A DNA stretch of 64,000 bases from Eremomyces bilateralis CBS 781.70 (Eukaryota): NCBI GenBank assembly GCA_010015585.1, contig ML975150.1, one strand, 5' to 3'. Of the stretch, positions 48,265 to 62,876 are shown in pieces (positions within the stretch are counted from its first letter, which is position 1; each line of letters starts with the position of its first letter). The notes below the pieces were generated by a model, which saw only the letters and a program-made list of their open reading frames with translations, ran no database searches and was not told where the DNA came from. The translations under genes and the position numbers were made by a program.

Positions 48265-48912
48265 ATGCCTATCCCAAGCTACGGAGCCGCTCCCCTGAGC
48301 ACCACCTTCCTCCTTGTCCGGGGCTTGCAAGTCATTGCCATGATTGGCATTGTTGGAATGACGGCGAATTTTGTCAGCGAGATGGTCGCATATGGTCGCG
48401 AGCCTTCTAAGGAGGTGGTTGGCACTCTCAGCGTCGTATGTTTTCCAAGGTCCTAACACTCTTCCCGTTCTGACCGTTTCTACCCGCAGACATGCATCGC
48501 AACTCTCTACACCCTGGTGTCCATCGCCTTCTATTGGGCCCAAGCCAACATCGGCCTCTTCGTCATGTGCGGTGTCGATTCCCTCCTCCTCATCGCCTGG
48601 ATCGTCGTCGCCGTCACCGTTGGCAAACCGCTCTCGTTCCTCCACTGCCCCGCCCTTGGCGATTCCACCCAAGCGCAAGACGCAATCCAGACCTACTCGA
48701 TGGTTCAATCCATGAAGACCAACCTCGGCGTTCCCGGCAGCCAACTCGACCTTCGCGCGTGGGCGGGCTTCACCAAGGCCAATTGCTACGAGACGAAGGC
48801 GATCTGGGGTCTTAGCATCGCCCTTTGCATTCTCTATACGGTGTCTGCACTGCTTTTGCCGACACTGTTTTTCAAGAACAAGAAGGCTGGATACGTTAAG
48901 GATCCTGCATAG
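48265..48912 (+). CDS. MARVEL-like 4-TM membrane protein (intron 48436-48489)
   Basis: Four hydrophobic helices; RGLQ..IGIVGM, CYETKAIWGLSIALCIL; clean GT..AG intron. Confidence 0.8.
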
Positions 48913-50028
48913 ACGGATCTAACGTGTACACAAGCCAAATTCATGGAGAACGTTGTTAAGATGTTAGTCTGTCATCTGATCTGGATCAAATATGAACCGC
49001 GAGAAACCTTGCATGCCTAGATGGCAGCTTGTCCGCAATGGCATGGGGAAGGCGTTTGGGGATTCATGTTGCTCATTTCACCTAATTGTCCTGGTGCTCG
49101 ACAGGCGTTCCGAGCAGATTTTGTCTAATACCATAATGAAAAGTCCAAAATATATACATCAACACATCAAGGATAAACAAGCTCCCTTCGGACATTTTCC
49201 TCTTGCCTGTTCCCGTCGTCCATCACCGATTTCGCCGTGCCCCCAAGCTGTTGTCCCCCACGTCCGCATCACATTCCCAGCAGCGCAGCCCGAACCCTCA
49301 GATCACTCGGCATGGATATGGCAATTGAATATTGACGAAGCGCAATTGGACGTTGATTCTCACAAAATTACCTGTTTGGAGATTAGTGGCATAGTTGGTA
49401 TCGCTCAGGCCCGACGACCGATCACCATGAAGCGCCCCCGGTAGTTTGGTGACCCGCAGTTCCAACCGAATTTCTTGCTCTCTCCAGTGACGTCTGCATT
49501 TTGATGTCCGTCGAAGCTCCATATGCACGCCGCTCTCCGCACTTACGCCTTTTTCAAATGTACGTCTCAAACTAATTTTCGCCGATTATCGCTGCAATCC
49601 TGCGATTCCTGTCAACCACGAGCTCGAGTGCCGTTTTACTTCCTGCATAGTGCATACAAGCCCCCGCAGGAACAAGGAACAGAGGACCTCTCATGCATGC
49701 TCTCGACCCGCCCATCCGCGAGTCCATCATGTCCTCCATCCAGTAATTTCGTCCGGCGCTGATCCCTCGACCGTGTTCGGAGACGGGGACCTGGATCATC
49801 AGGCCTCGCAATTTTTTTTTCCTCTCGTCAAGCCGACGGGGCGAGAAAAAAACTGCAATAGGGTGACGGATTTATAGTGACACGCAAGTCTGTTTCTTGC
49901 AGCTGTCTCACCCTCACCCAATCGCCGCCATTCCCCGCCTTCCTGTATCGCGACTACTCCCGCCATCTCCTACTCCCATCGTAAGAGTTTAGCAAGATAG
50001 TGTTGGAAGCCCTTGAACGAACGTCGAA

Positions 50029-52062
50029 ATGTCTCTCAGCCAACGCGTCTCGGCCCTCGAAGAATACGATCTATGGCGCGAGATATCGCCTTCGGGCGGC
50101 CAACGACGCAAGCTCAGCTTTAACCCTGTCGATAATTGGGTGCCACCGCTTTTGCAGGAGGAACTGGAACCGATCGGGGCATTTGAGGTATCGACGACCA
50201 AGAGAATAGGTACGTCGTGAAAATAGAAGTACGGTGGTGGAACATACCACCAAAGTCAATATACCCTGGATTTGCATGCTATACGGATTCGCTCATGGTG
50301 GAATAGATAGCTAACCTCTTCGGTGTACAGCTCAAGTTATAGTTGCCGTCATATATTGCCTCTTCGCTGCTGGGATCGTGTTTGGTTATGCAGCGATTAA
50401 GCCGGTGTTGATTCAAGAGGGGGTATACCGAGAAACATGTTCAAAAGATGAGCTGGATAGGGGAGTGCATGTATGCTACGAGCAGGAATTACGGTAAGTC
50501 TGGAACCGCTCTCCAATAAAACGTCCAACATGAAGCTAAGTTGACTTCTAGACTCAACTTCATGTTCACAATCGCTGCGGTCTCTACGAATGTCGTTGCT
50601 CTCCCTGTGGGTACAATCCTCGATCGCTATGGACCGCGAGTCGCCGGCATCATCGGGTCATTATTCGTCTACCTTGGATGTCTCTTCTTCGCGTTCGCCG
50701 GCCAGCTCCCCTTCGACGGCTACATCCCATCGTATCTCTTCCTCGCCCTCGGCGGCCCCTTCATCTTCATCTCCTCCTTCCAACTCTCCAACACCTTCCC
50801 GCGGTACTCAGGACTCATCCTCGCCCTGTTGACCGGCGCCTTCGACTCCTCGTCCGCCATCTTCCTCTTCTATCGCCTCATCTACCAGGCCACACACGCG
50901 CGCTTCTGGCCGAAATACTTCTTCCTCGCCTATCTCCTCGTCCCCACCTTCATCCTCGTCGTCCAGATCTTTCTCATGCCCAGCGCCTCCTACAAGACCG
51001 TCGGCGAGCTCGTCAGCGACGCCGAGACCGGCGCCGAGGCCGACGCCCACGAGTCCGACGGCGACATCGAAGACGAGTCGGAGCGTCAGCTCCTACAGGA
51101 CGAGCGCCGCCACCGCCGGGAGAGCGTCATCGAAGAAGTCACCGCGCTGCTCGGCACAGTGGACGCGGATGAGCAGAACCAGAAGGAGGAGGCGAAGAAG
51201 CACAACTCGGGCGTTTGGGGCGCGCTGCACGGCCGCACGGCCGCACAGCAGATGGCTACGCCGTGGTTCGTCCTGATCACCCTGTTCACCGTGATCCAGA
51301 TGACACGCATCAACTACTTCGTCGCGACGATCCGCCCGCAGTACGAGCACCTGCTCGGCGACGAGCGGAAGGCCGTCGCGGTCAACACGTTCTTCGACGT
51401 TGCGCTCCCCTTGGGCGGCGTCGTCGCCGTCCCCTTCATCGGCTGGTTCCTCGATAATTTGAGCACCCCGACCGTGCTGGCCGTACTCGTCACCACCGCC
51501 ACGACCATTGGCGTCCTCGGCGTCCTCCCGCACATGTGGGCATCGTATGCCAATGTATGCCTCTTCGTCCTATATCGACCATTCTACTATACAGCGGTCT
51601 CGTAAGTTTCCTATCCCCACTTTCTCTCTCAGATTGCCCCTCCGACACCTCCCCCCTCGAAATTCCGTCGGCATGCCAATTCGCTAACGCATCTCCCGCA
51701 GTGACTACGCCGCCAAAGTGTTCGGCTTCGCCACCTTCGGCAAAGTCTACGGCACGATTATCTGTCTCGCCGGGCTCCTCAACTTCTCGCAATCCGGCCT
51801 CGAAGCCCTGACCCACCGCGTGTTCCACCACGATCCCGTCCCCGTCAACCTCCTCCTGCTCGGCACCGCGCTGGTCGTGGGAATCGCGCTGGTCGGCTAC
51901 GTCGCAGCGAAGAGTCGGGAGACCGGGTTGGAGATCTTGAGAAGGGAGGCGAGGGAGGCGCAGGAGACGGAGCGGTTGATGCCGAGTGTGGAGGTGGGGC
52001 AGGGGGAGGGGAGAGGGAGAGGGTATGGGACGGCGAACGGGACGGCGAATGGTCGCGGGTGA
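50029..52062 (+). CDS. FMP42: MFS transporter, FMP42/SLC43-like, multi-exon
   Basis: YCLFAAGIVFGYAAIKPVL, LPVGTILDRYGPR, TGAFDSSS, QMTRINYF, YRPFYYTAVSDY..KVFGFATFG. Confidence 0.8.
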
Positions 52063-52551
52063 AGGGGTTGGGTAGGTAAGAGAAGGAAAATGTGGGGAGA
52101 AGTTGAAATGGAATTTACTGCATCTAGCTTGGAAACGTTTGGAAGCGATGGCGTTGGAGCGTTGGATTGCATGTTAGAATTTTCCCAGACATTTTTGGGT
52201 CATGAAAAGATATACTGGTACATACGATGACTTGACTATGTTCATGCCGAAGGATAGGATTTTATTATTTTTGTTCTGGGGCGGATTGACTTTGACTTGG
52301 ACTTGGTATAGATTTAGGGAGATATCCAAAATTGTTTAGGATCACCTTCGATACACGATAGCGTCCAAAACCATAGAGATGTCAAATTAGTTCTATGAAC
52401 CGAGCATGAGCTGATCGACGCCATGACCTGCTTGAATTGCCGGTCCCCAGGATATTTTACATATGCCAACCGACGGCGGGAAGACCGAGACCATGCAAAA
52501 TGAAACCTTCTCGGGTATTGTAGTTTCTAAAAGCAGAGCTGAAAGGTACGG

Positions 52552-53817
52552 TCATAGCTCGTCAACATCCATTCCATTCGACTGCCCGTTGGCCTCGGAC
52601 TTTGCGGTCGGTACGGATGCTTCCTTGTCGATCATCTGGCGGGATACGGAGACGATGTTGTCTTCGATGAGGAGCTGGCCTACGTCTTCGAGGTCTACCG
52701 AATGTGTTAGTAAAATTTACCACATAAATTGATCCCGCAATAGACATGGATTGCCTCAGGACAAATCAGAAAAAGGAAAAGAAAATGCCAAACTTACGCT
52801 TCTTCGGATCAACCTTCCCAACATATCGCGTCTTTAATTGCTCTTTCGTCAACTCCGTTTCCTCCTTGACCCGCTTCTCATATCCCTCCGCAAGCCCTAC
52901 CAACTTCGTCAACCGCTCCTTATTCCGCACGTCCTCGGTCCGGAAGTCCGCCATCTGCAGCGCCTCCGTCCACACGTGCTTGTGCAGATTCATCAGCATG
53001 TTCTCCTCGAGCCCCGTTTTCCGGTAGTTGATGGCAATGCTGTAGTAGTGGCGGTTCAGGCCGTGGATGAGGGCCTGGATGGACGGCTTGTTGAGGTGGC
53101 CGAGATTGGAGGTCGTTTGGCGGGGTTCGTGGCCCATCATGAGGAGCTGCGGGTTGATCAGGCGGAAGGCGTCGATGACGACTTTGCCTTTGACGGATTG
53201 GATGGGGTCGACGACGACAGCGACAGCGCGAGGGGTGAGCTGCTCGAAGGATTGCTGTGTGTTGATATCGACGCTGGAGAGCCAGCAGCCGAAGCCGGGA
53301 TGGGAGTGGTACCAGCCGACGACGGTTTCGGGTCTGGGGGACGTCAGTGCTATTCACTTCAAGATCGATGCGTCGAATGAGAATAAGAGGGAAGGGCAAG
53401 AGAGGGTAAAGAGGGAGGGAAGATGCATACCTTCCCGTCTGCTTCAACATATCCATCATCTTCGTCTGGAACACCGGGTCCACCGCCTCGACACTCACAC
53501 CCGTCCCGCTCTGGGGCATGGCGAACACGTCCACCACTCGCACCGTATAATCATCCACAAACACTCCGAGCATCAGTCCCATGACCTCCATCGGTACACC
53601 AGCCCGTCCATGCCGTAACATTTTGAGGAGCGCAAGGGATGAGATGTAAACTGTTTCGGAGTTGTCGATGATGTTGGTATCCTGTGGCAAGCGGTTAGGG
53701 TCTGGCTGGTACAGAGAGGTCAGAGAGTCGAAGGGATGAAGGCACCTGTGATGATCCTCCGCCCATGCCACCGCCCATACCACGGGCGGCGTTGATTAAC
53801 CCGCTTAACCTGTCCAT
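52552..53817 (-). CDS. RPN11: 26S proteasome lid deubiquitinase (JAMM/MPN+), multi-exon
   Basis: [70 protein letters not shown]. Confidence 0.97.
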
Positions 53818-54194
53818 CGTGTTGGTGTATCTGGAGGTGGAAGCTGGGGAGGTGTGATGGGAGGCGGCGGAGGTGAGAAGGCGTCGTTTTCGGAATGTGT
53901 TTGATAGCCTTAGATTTCAGACACGCAGTATTTGAGGATTGGAAGTCGATATGAGAAATGTCGAAGGTTGTTGTATCGGTCTTAGGCTGTTATGAGCTTA
54001 CGCGATGCTTTGATGCCTCTGGAGGATGTGAAGCTGTGGAACTTTGGAGTTGGAGAGTCGCCATGCTCCGGAGAACCGTAGCGACCAACTGCGCAATCTG
54101 CAAACCAGAACTTCGTCCCGCATTTGAATTTTTTGGCAACTTCAAGCCTTCCTCACCGCAATAATAATCCTGCACTGCGCTACAGGTCGTCAAG

Positions 54195-54945
54195 ATGAGG
54201 TAAGTTATCCTTAATCGTACAAATTGAATGATCACTGACTCTGTATGCAGGATCGAAACGTGTTACTTCTGCTCGCGGCCATGCTTTCCCAGCAAAGGTG
54301 GGATTCTCTCCTCCATCCATCGCAAGATCGCTCGGCTCACATTTCACAGGCATATCCTTCGTCCGAAACGACGCCAAACTCTTCCGCTTCTGCCGCAGCA
54401 AATGCCATAAGAACGTATGTTCCCGCTATCCCCACCCAAACCCCCAGCGATGCGCTGACCACAGTGCCCTGCAATAGTTCAAAATGAAGCGAAACCCGCG
54501 CAAGCTCTCCTGGACCAAAGCCTTCCGCCGCGCCCACGGCAAGGAGATGACCGTCGACACCACCCTGACCTTCGCTGCCCGCCGCAACGTGCCGGTGCGC
54601 TACAACCGCGACCTGGTCGCCACCACGCTGCGCGCCATGTCGCGCGTGAACGAGCTGCGCGCGAAGCGCGAGCGGCAGTTCTACCTGAACCGGATGAAGG
54701 GGAATAAGAGGCGGGCGTTTGAGGAGGATCGCGCGCTGGTGGCAGAGAATCAGCATCTGCTGCCGCCGAGTCAGAGGGATCGGGTGGAGACGGCGATGGA
54801 GGTGGATGCGGTGAAGGAGGGCGAGTGGGCGGGCATCGAGGCGGAGGAGATGGATGTGGAGGAGGAGGAAGTTGTGGTGAAGCAGAAGGGGAAGGAGAAG
54901 AAGAAGCAGCGGTTGGTGGTGGGTGGGGGTACTGTGGAGGGATGA
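54195..54945 (+). CDS. RLP24: Ribosome biogenesis protein (L24e-like), multi-exon
   Basis: [56 protein letters not shown]...PVRYNRDL. Confidence 0.95.
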
Positions 54946-55290
54946 GGAATGGCTTTTTCTTGGGGAACATCTCGACTGGAGTTAGGTGGGATACCACGGT
55001 GACGGTTGGCGTTGAGGGCATGAAAACGGTCTGATTTCTGTGGGAACAGCGTGTTGCCTGGACGAAAGCGAGGTCGTCGCGAGAATGCTTCGCGAGAAGG
55101 AGATCGGGGACAGTCAGGAAGCGATTCTCTCGCCCGTGAAGCCGATTGAAAGCAGACCCGTCTCGCTTCATTTGTCAACCCGAATTTAAATGGCATTCTT
55201 ACAACTGAAGCTAGGGTATAAAGACGCGACGCTAGACCGGCAGAAATGCAAAGCAGCTTCATATCAGACAGGACCCGGCGTTGATCCAGC

Positions 55291-56455
55291 CTATCTGATC
55301 TGCCCGATACGGTTCTTCGCCACTGCAACCTTCCCAGAGACCCTAAAACCTGTTAGCATGTCCGGTAATAATATAGCTGAAGAGAACGACGTACCGATCT
55401 ACATCCTGGTCCAAGATGTTGACCAAGTCCATTTGAGACACCAACTCCTCATTGATGGCGATCCCCATCTCCTTGATCCGCCTCACCACGCCCGTCATCG
55501 ACTCCACATCCTGGTCCTGCTCCTTCATGATCCGCTGCTGCAACTGCAACACCCCTTGATTATCCAACTCCCTCGACCGCTCCGTCTCCTTCAACGGCGC
55601 CCCCAACACTCTCCTCCCCCTGCCCCCCGCCCCGCCCATCAGCTCCCCCTTCTTATCACCCGCGCTCTCCTCCTCCTTCCCTACCCGACTCGCCGACCAC
55701 GCATTCAACACCCCCTCCAAACCCTCCCTCTCCATCCTCGCCACCCCCAACAGATCCCTCCGCCTCCGCACCTCCCCCCTCCCCAACTCCCCCTTCCCCT
55801 CCAACCGCCCCAACCCCTCCTCCAACCGCGCAATCAACGTTCCCGCCCTCACCAGCCCCTTCTTCGCATTCGCACTCGCCTCCCGCTTCCCCTGTACATC
55901 CCGCCCCCCCTCTCCCCCACTCCCCAACGACGTACTGCTCTGGTCCCGTTTCGCTAACTGCAACCGCGCCTGCTGCAGCTGCGTCTTCAACTCCGCATGC
56001 GCATCTAGCCACGCCCCCGGCGACGCGATCGCTCCTAACACTCCGATGAGCCCACCCCGCGCTTTCACCCCGTCCTCCCCGAACGCCCCTCCACCTGCCG
56101 CCGCGGCGCCCGCGGGCAACCCCAGAAACGTGCGCCAAGCAGGGGTGTTCCGCCAGCGGGGGTCTATGTCGGCTTCGATGGCGCGGAGGTAAGCCTCAAG
56201 GCGCTGACGGCGAGTTTCGGTGAGGGATGGGGAGGCGATGGTGCGGGTGAGCCAGGATTTGGGGGGGAGGGGGGCGGGTGGGGGGGTGGCGGTGGAGGCG
56301 GTGAGGGCGGCGTGGAGGGCGAGGAAGTCGGAGTAGCGCTTTTGGAGCTCGGTAGTGCGGAGGGGGGAGGTGAGGATGAGGTGGTAGAGGGTGTGAGGTT
56401 TGGTGGTGGGGGGATGGGCGGTGCTGGTGGTGGGTATACGGATGTCGAGGGGCAT
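55291..56455 (-). CDS. VAM7: PX domain plus Qc-SNARE vacuolar protein
   Basis: KRYSDFLALH...LPPKSW...RRQRLEAYL (PX); LKETERSRELDNQGVLQLQ...QDQ (SNARE); short last exon VSGKVAVAKNRIGQIR. Confidence 0.9.
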
Positions 56456-57186
56456 GGTGGAAGTGGTGTTTGAAGGATAGATGTGGTCTTTCAAGATCGC
56501 ACGCGGTATGGAGTCTTAGGTGCTGAGTGTCGTGTGTAGAATGTTCTCGGAGTTGTGAGATTCGTTGTCGCCTGTTTGTTTATCTTCCGCTGCTGTACTA
56601 GGCAGTCAGATGGGGTCGGATTGGAGCCTGGAGCGGTGGAAACTCTGGTGCAGGTGGGACACAGACTCTCATTGATCGCGGTATTCTTCAAAGCTTCCAT
56701 GAAATATTCGAACATAAGCATGGAGATTATCAACTTGGTAGTTGGTGAGTGTCGAGGAAACAATCGTAGTTTGATAAAGACGTCACAGCGATACCTCAAA
56801 TGATGCCTGAGGCTGAAATTCTTTTGTTGTAAGGCATCGAAATGTAACCATGGACAGCATGGACAGCATGGACCAGTGCTGCATCACCAGACCCTGACAG
56901 CAGGGTCCATGGCAGAGCAACGAGAGACAATCTTCACAGGAGTCAGAGATGCAGCTTGTCTCACGACTCTATGAGATTCGTTCCTCGTTATCTAAGTCCC
57001 CGGAAACAGAGAGTACATACTATGCATCAACGCGATGCCTACTTATCAAAAGACGACTGGGACTTTCCTCAGCGATACTAAACCCCCACTCGCTTGAATT
57101 CCATAAACCTACACGCCTCCTCCCATATCCCTGGGACCCCATGCCAAAGTTGAACACAGGACGTGCTCATCGCCAGAGTCCATCGC

Positions 57187-58258
57187 TCAGAACGTCTCCT
57201 CCTCCTGCACCTCGCCTTCCTCCTGCGGGATCTCAAACCCATCCTACCAAGCGTCAGTGAAGCTGCCCCGCCCACCCAATTCCAAAATTCATAGAGAATC
57301 ACCCACCTCAGTCGAGTACAGAATGTTCTGTATCTGTTTCAGGATCCCGTCCTCCACCTCCTCCAGCTCTGGATGCGTCTCCATCTCCGTCTGGATCAGC
57401 AGCTCGATGTCCCGCAGCTTGCTGAAGTAGAAGTCACGCTCCCGCTCTAGCCCCGCCACTGTCTCCTTCAGCTGGTTGTTCTCCATCACTAGCGCCGCGC
57501 TCGGCGCCCCGCCGCCCTGGGGCGTGCGGGTTCGCGGGGCTGCGCCGGGGGCCGCCCGTCGTGCGCCGGTGGCGGGCGCGCGGGCGGAGCTGGCGGTGGC
57601 GGCGGGAGCGCCGGAGCCTTTGCGGCGGGCGAGGGCGTCGTATTCGCCGCCGGGGTAGTATTGGTCCCAGTATCGCTTCGCCCATTGGAGGAATTCGAGG
57701 TTGTCTTGCATCTTGCATTTGACGAGGGCCTCGACAGGGACGATCTTCTCGATGTGATGCCGTGTGAACGCATCTGAGGGTAGAGGGTGGTTAGAATTCA
57801 GGGGGTGAGGGGGAATGAGATGGGTTGCGTACTTTGCAGGACTTTGAAGTTCTGTATGTACGCATATTCGGTGTTGACGTTGAATCGGACCTTCGACATA
57901 GCCACGTCGACTATTCGTGAGTTAGTGTCGAGAAGGTTATCGTGTGCTCCTATCGGACTTACGGAAGATACTATCGAAAATTTGGCACAAGGCAGCCCTT
58001 TGAACGTGTTAGTACCCAGTCCCGCATTATCGTCTCATGATGGCGTACCCAGTTCCGCATTGCTCGACTTTGGTGATGTTGAGCTGGAGGAGGTTGTTGA
58101 GCCACGCGAGCAACTCCTGTCTGCAGAAAGAAAGCAATTAGCGACATTGATTTCCGACAATATCTCTGCAAAGATGTCTTCATGTTCGAGTGATGCCTGA
58201 CTCAAGGCACCACATTGCAGCCAGGGGCTCACGGGTCAACATACCTTGATTCACCCAT
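57187..58258 (-). CDS. BIM1: EB1-family microtubule plus-end protein, multi-exon
   Basis: MGESRQELLAWLNNLLQLNITKVEQCGTG, KMQDNLEFLQW, LERERDFYFSKLRDIE, C-terminal EETF. Confidence 0.95.
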
Positions 58259-58805
58259 TTTGGCGGTAGCACGGAGCAAAAGTCTATGGGATTCGTAAAG
58301 GATGAAAAGGAATGGTTTTTCAAGAAAGAGGGTGGGCGTTGCAAGGTGAGAAGAATGACCAAGTTGTCGGAGTTGGAGGGGCGATGGTTTGTTTAGCGAT
58401 GTTGAATGTTGTCAAGGAGATGTTGCTGACCAGCGGAAAGCGGCCCGAGCGTGAGCCAGTGCGGAAAGGCCGAAAGGGGGTCTGCACAAGAACAGCGGAA
58501 CACTTGGCGGTTCATCCCGCGTCTCCCCGCTCCAATGGTAGGGAGGTTGTTTACTAATACACAGGGCCTGGACTACTATGTAGTATGCGAATTACGTGCA
58601 GAGTATTTTGAATTTTTGATAGCTAACTGGAGGGAAAATATCTATCCCCCTCCAGATTTAGCTAACCCACTTGAATCAAATAGATCCATATCAGCCAGCC
58701 ATGTCCCAGAGACTCCAATGCCGGCCGTGTCGGTGTTCAAGCATGATACATGTACACATAAGTCATAGTGCCTTTCTATCCGTTCCGCCCTTCCTTACCC
58801 TACCC

Positions 58806-60537
58806 TTATCGACCCTTTCCTGGGCCATAGTACCCTTCTTGCGGGTGTCGCGAGTGGCTCGGACGTCGCGGGCCAGGCGGGCTTCGGTCCTCATATTTCG
58901 GCGGCGCCTTCCTCGCCCTCTTTCGCTCGCCCAGGACGGCGGCGATGACATACAGCACCCACATGATCCCCGCGACGATGGCGAAGATGATGTATCCGGC
59001 CTGCGTGTTGCCGGCAAGCATGAAGCCCAGGCCGCCATTGATGATGCCCAGGGTAATGATGATGCGGCCGTTCCAGAGATGACCGTGGGACCAGGCAGTG
59101 CGGGTGCCGTATTTCTTGAACATGGTGTGGTGGACCATTCCGAGAATCGGTTGGAAGAAAAGGAGGACGAATAGGACGATGCCGATGATAGGATGGTATT
59201 TGTCCAACTGCACATATCAGTTAGCGGTGCTGTCACGGTACTCTTTTATTTCTTTACCATGTTGACAGGGCCAGTGGTCGCCATGTATATCCCAAGGCCA
59301 AAACAAGCCACGAACACCAACCAGGTAAGTACCTGAAGCCCCGCATGCAGCCAGATAAGCCCCGGGAAGCTTAGGATCCGGATAATGATGGCACCAACCG
59401 GGAACAGGACACCAAAAGCAAGGCATCCTAGCACCCCATGGGCGATCAAGATGTTTCGCTGCATCAGGAAGTTAAGGCCCGCGAAACCCGACACCCCAGG
59501 ACCCAAAGCCCCATTGCTCTCGGTACCGCTGGTACTTCCCTCATCGCAATACGGCAACTCGTCGGCTCGCTCCTCGAGTTCTCGCTTGCCGTTGTTGTAC
59601 CCTCCTCCGTAACCGCCGGGATATCCGGTCGGGCGGGAGGCAGGGCCATGTGGAGGGGCACTTCCCCACGGTCCCCATGCACTGTTCGTGGCGGTCTCGG
59701 GAGACGGGTCCGATGGCATGCTATACGTGGGTGACCCCGAGTTGCCGCCTGCCGATGGTCGTAGTCGACAACCTGAAGGGCTAGCCGGGGTGCCCGACGT
59801 TCCTGTGCCGGAGCTTCCAGTCTCGGAGCTTCCAGTGCCAGAGCTGTCTGTGCCGCTCGTACTGCTATCCAGGAAAGGATTCGCCGTGTTGCCACCCCGC
59901 GCTTGGGCGAAGTCGAGCTCGAAACGTCCCTCGGAGGCATGCTGCGTGATGCCGGCCGATTGATCGTCGGTGTTCATCGCGCGACCGGATTGGTATGCCC
60001 AGATGAAGTCGCCATTGTCGTCGGTGAGGTCCATGGATCCCCCTTTCCATGAATCACAGTTCGAGCCTAGGTTCACGGTCAATATATGGGTGCGTCGATC
60101 GACGCTGCGGAAACGTACACCGGACATTGGCGGTCATCATCCCGTTCGACACGCCGGAGCCCTCAAGGAGCGTCACCTGGGCACCGGAGTCGAATTGGGG
60201 CATAACATGGCCTTGCCCAAGGCGTGGCGATAGTGTGACATTGTTCCCCGAGGCTGAGGTGTACATGAGGAACATGTTCGCGCCGGACATACTGCTGCCC
60301 TGGCCGAAGGCTATCCATGCATTGCTCGTGGGACCGGTAATTTGGAAGAGCAGGTCGCCGGAACCGGGAAGGTTGATGCTGTAGCACACCTGTCCTTGAC
60401 AGCGTTTCGTGATTTGTGCAGAGATTCCAGAACTCAGGCCTAAGAGGGGGAAATGTCAGTTACAATCATCATTGCATTGGCGGGCTCCATGATCACGTAC
60501 CAAGCGCGAGAAACGCAGTCACAGAGGTAAGCCTCAT
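58806..60537 (-). CDS. Secreted CDH-cytochrome/DOMON-like domain plus cytochrome b561-type membrane domain, multi-exon
   Basis: Signal peptide; WIAFGQGSSMSGA..VTLSPRLGQGHVMP, QH; AHGVLGCLAF..FPVGA, WLHA, HPIIG, HLWNGR His-bearing TM helices. Confidence 0.85.
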
Positions 60538-62876
60538 GCTGAACCAGTTGATTCAGTGAAACACCAGATCAATGAATTAAAAGGACATAAAACGATCCAA
60601 ATCTCAACACCAAAACATATAAGTCCGATATAAAATATGGAACTGCAGAGCAATATGCTTTCTATGCAGGACTCGCAAATCTCGGTGACAGGGACACCGA
60701 GCGACCTTAAACCTCGAGAATTCCGGCGGGGCTCTTTTCAATTTAAAAATCGACTAGAATGGCGGCGCAGCGCAGTTTAGGAAGGCTATTTAAGTTTAGC
60801 AGCAGTGTCACACACTCGACGAGGCCGGCTGCGTATCACATCTCGCTCAGGACGCCTCTCCTCTCCTAGGAGGGCATGCGTGTGCGTTTTTGAGACCTGT
60901 TGGCTGGCTGCATCAATGACTTGTCTACCTGTGCTAGTTTCTGCCAATCACACTTACAACATGAACGGACCGTCAGCACAGCAGTTAGTGGAGAGAAGGC
61001 CCTTGGTCGATCTTGGACAGGTGGGATCCCCGCCTCTCGGTGTACACTAAGCGGAGGACCATCGCTGGATGATGGTTGAGCCTTGGGATGCTTGGAGAGA
61101 TTGATATTTGGCATTCCGGAAGGTACAGAAATGGTGCCGATCACTGACGCAAGCGACGGGAACTACAGAAGCCAGAAGTTGACCAGCGCCAGTATAACGG
61201 TCCAGACCGAGGTGGGGATCCGTTGCTTGCCTTATTTGGACTTCATCGCTTCTCCAACCACCATGTCCAACAATCATCCCATTTTCAATCCTCCGTCACT
61301 CTCCATTCCGTGCCGTAATATTGAAAGAATTCCATCGCTCGTCACACAGAAGAGAGAGAGAGTACCTTCCGCCATCAATGAGAGCCTAAACGTAGACCGT
61401 AGAGAATAATGGCATCATCACTCCCGATCCAGGCGACTCCTCCAACCTTACCTGTTTGGAATGCGCCCCCAATTGCCGCACAAGCAATCAGCACGCAACA
61501 CCGCATCCCATTTGCTGGACAGCGTCATGGGCAGTGGCTGAGCAGCTCCCCTTTCATGTGTCTGATATGAACCTGCATCACCAACCCTTCTCTCACAGGC
61601 CCACGATAACAACCACTTAATCCAAGACGCCTGCCATTCCCTCCACCCTGATCTCCCGTCATCGACGATCTTCGTTTCCGGCTCTGAAACTACAGTGGAT
61701 TCTCGGTTTGCCAACAGCGGAATACAGGCGCCCAACCACTGATAGGACCGCCGGTCGCGCGATGCAGGAAATGCCCCCGCTGTAACACCGTAGCACCGCT
61801 GTGCGACGATGCCAAACCCAGGCGCAAGGGTCGCATGAACTTACGCGTCCTCTTGTACCTCCGCATGGTGATGCCAGTCCTGAATGACAACCAATGGTGC
61901 GGGGTAGAGCGACATGAATTGACGAGAAACGTAGCCCGTAGCTACCTAGGTCTCCCCGATGCCAAGTCGACGACAAGAGGATGCGCGGGTTGGCAGACCA
62001 CGGAGTCGCTCCGTGCAGGGGGACGGTACGGTAGTCCGTCGACAGAATGAATCTGAATGTATTGTGACTGCAAATCAACGACACCTCACTCCCATCGCTG
62101 ACGTACGTGCGATAATCTCATCATCCCCAGATCCAGTCATCACCAATTGCCGTCGTCCCATTGGCGGCATCGCAGGTCTCGGCTCCGCGTGGGGAGCTCC
62201 ACCCCCCGAGAAGTCCGCGAGTGGATATCAGATGCTTCGGACTTTGGGTTCCGCGCTTGATCTCCACGGGCCGGGCGTGGTGCTCTAGATTACGTGGTCG
62301 AAGCGGCTATGCCAGCGATGGTTGGGATGCGGTCGATTACTGTCTGAGTGGAGGAGCATACCCAGACGCATTCACTTCACCCTCGAAGCCGACCCGTGTT
62401 GTGAAGTACGAATAATTCCATAGATACCCACCCGACCGCACGAAGGCCGGTCCATAGCGCAAAGCGACTACTGGTATGTACGCTAACGACTTAATCATAC
62501 AATGCTCATCCATGCGAGAGAAAGTTACCCACGCCCGCTGAACGATCCCAAACGCATGCCGTGATAAAAATCCAAATAACCATAACTCCATGCCGGCCGT
62601 CGCCGACCGAACGCCGTTTTGTCGATGCGCGATGCGTGGATGGAGGAAGGGGGTATCCAACGCAGAAGAAATAGGGATGCTGTGTCGCTAATATGAATGC
62701 ATGCAATGCAGACGTGGAGGTTCGTCTCGTGTATTTTGGTTCTTGTGGGACCGTCAAACTTCGTTCAGGTCCATTAGGTGGGTGTATCAAGCTCGAAATG
62801 AGCGTCGTGATCGAGGTGTGCATGCTGGACGTGGTCATAAAAGACGCGGAATGTGGAAAACAGGGTCGCAATGACC

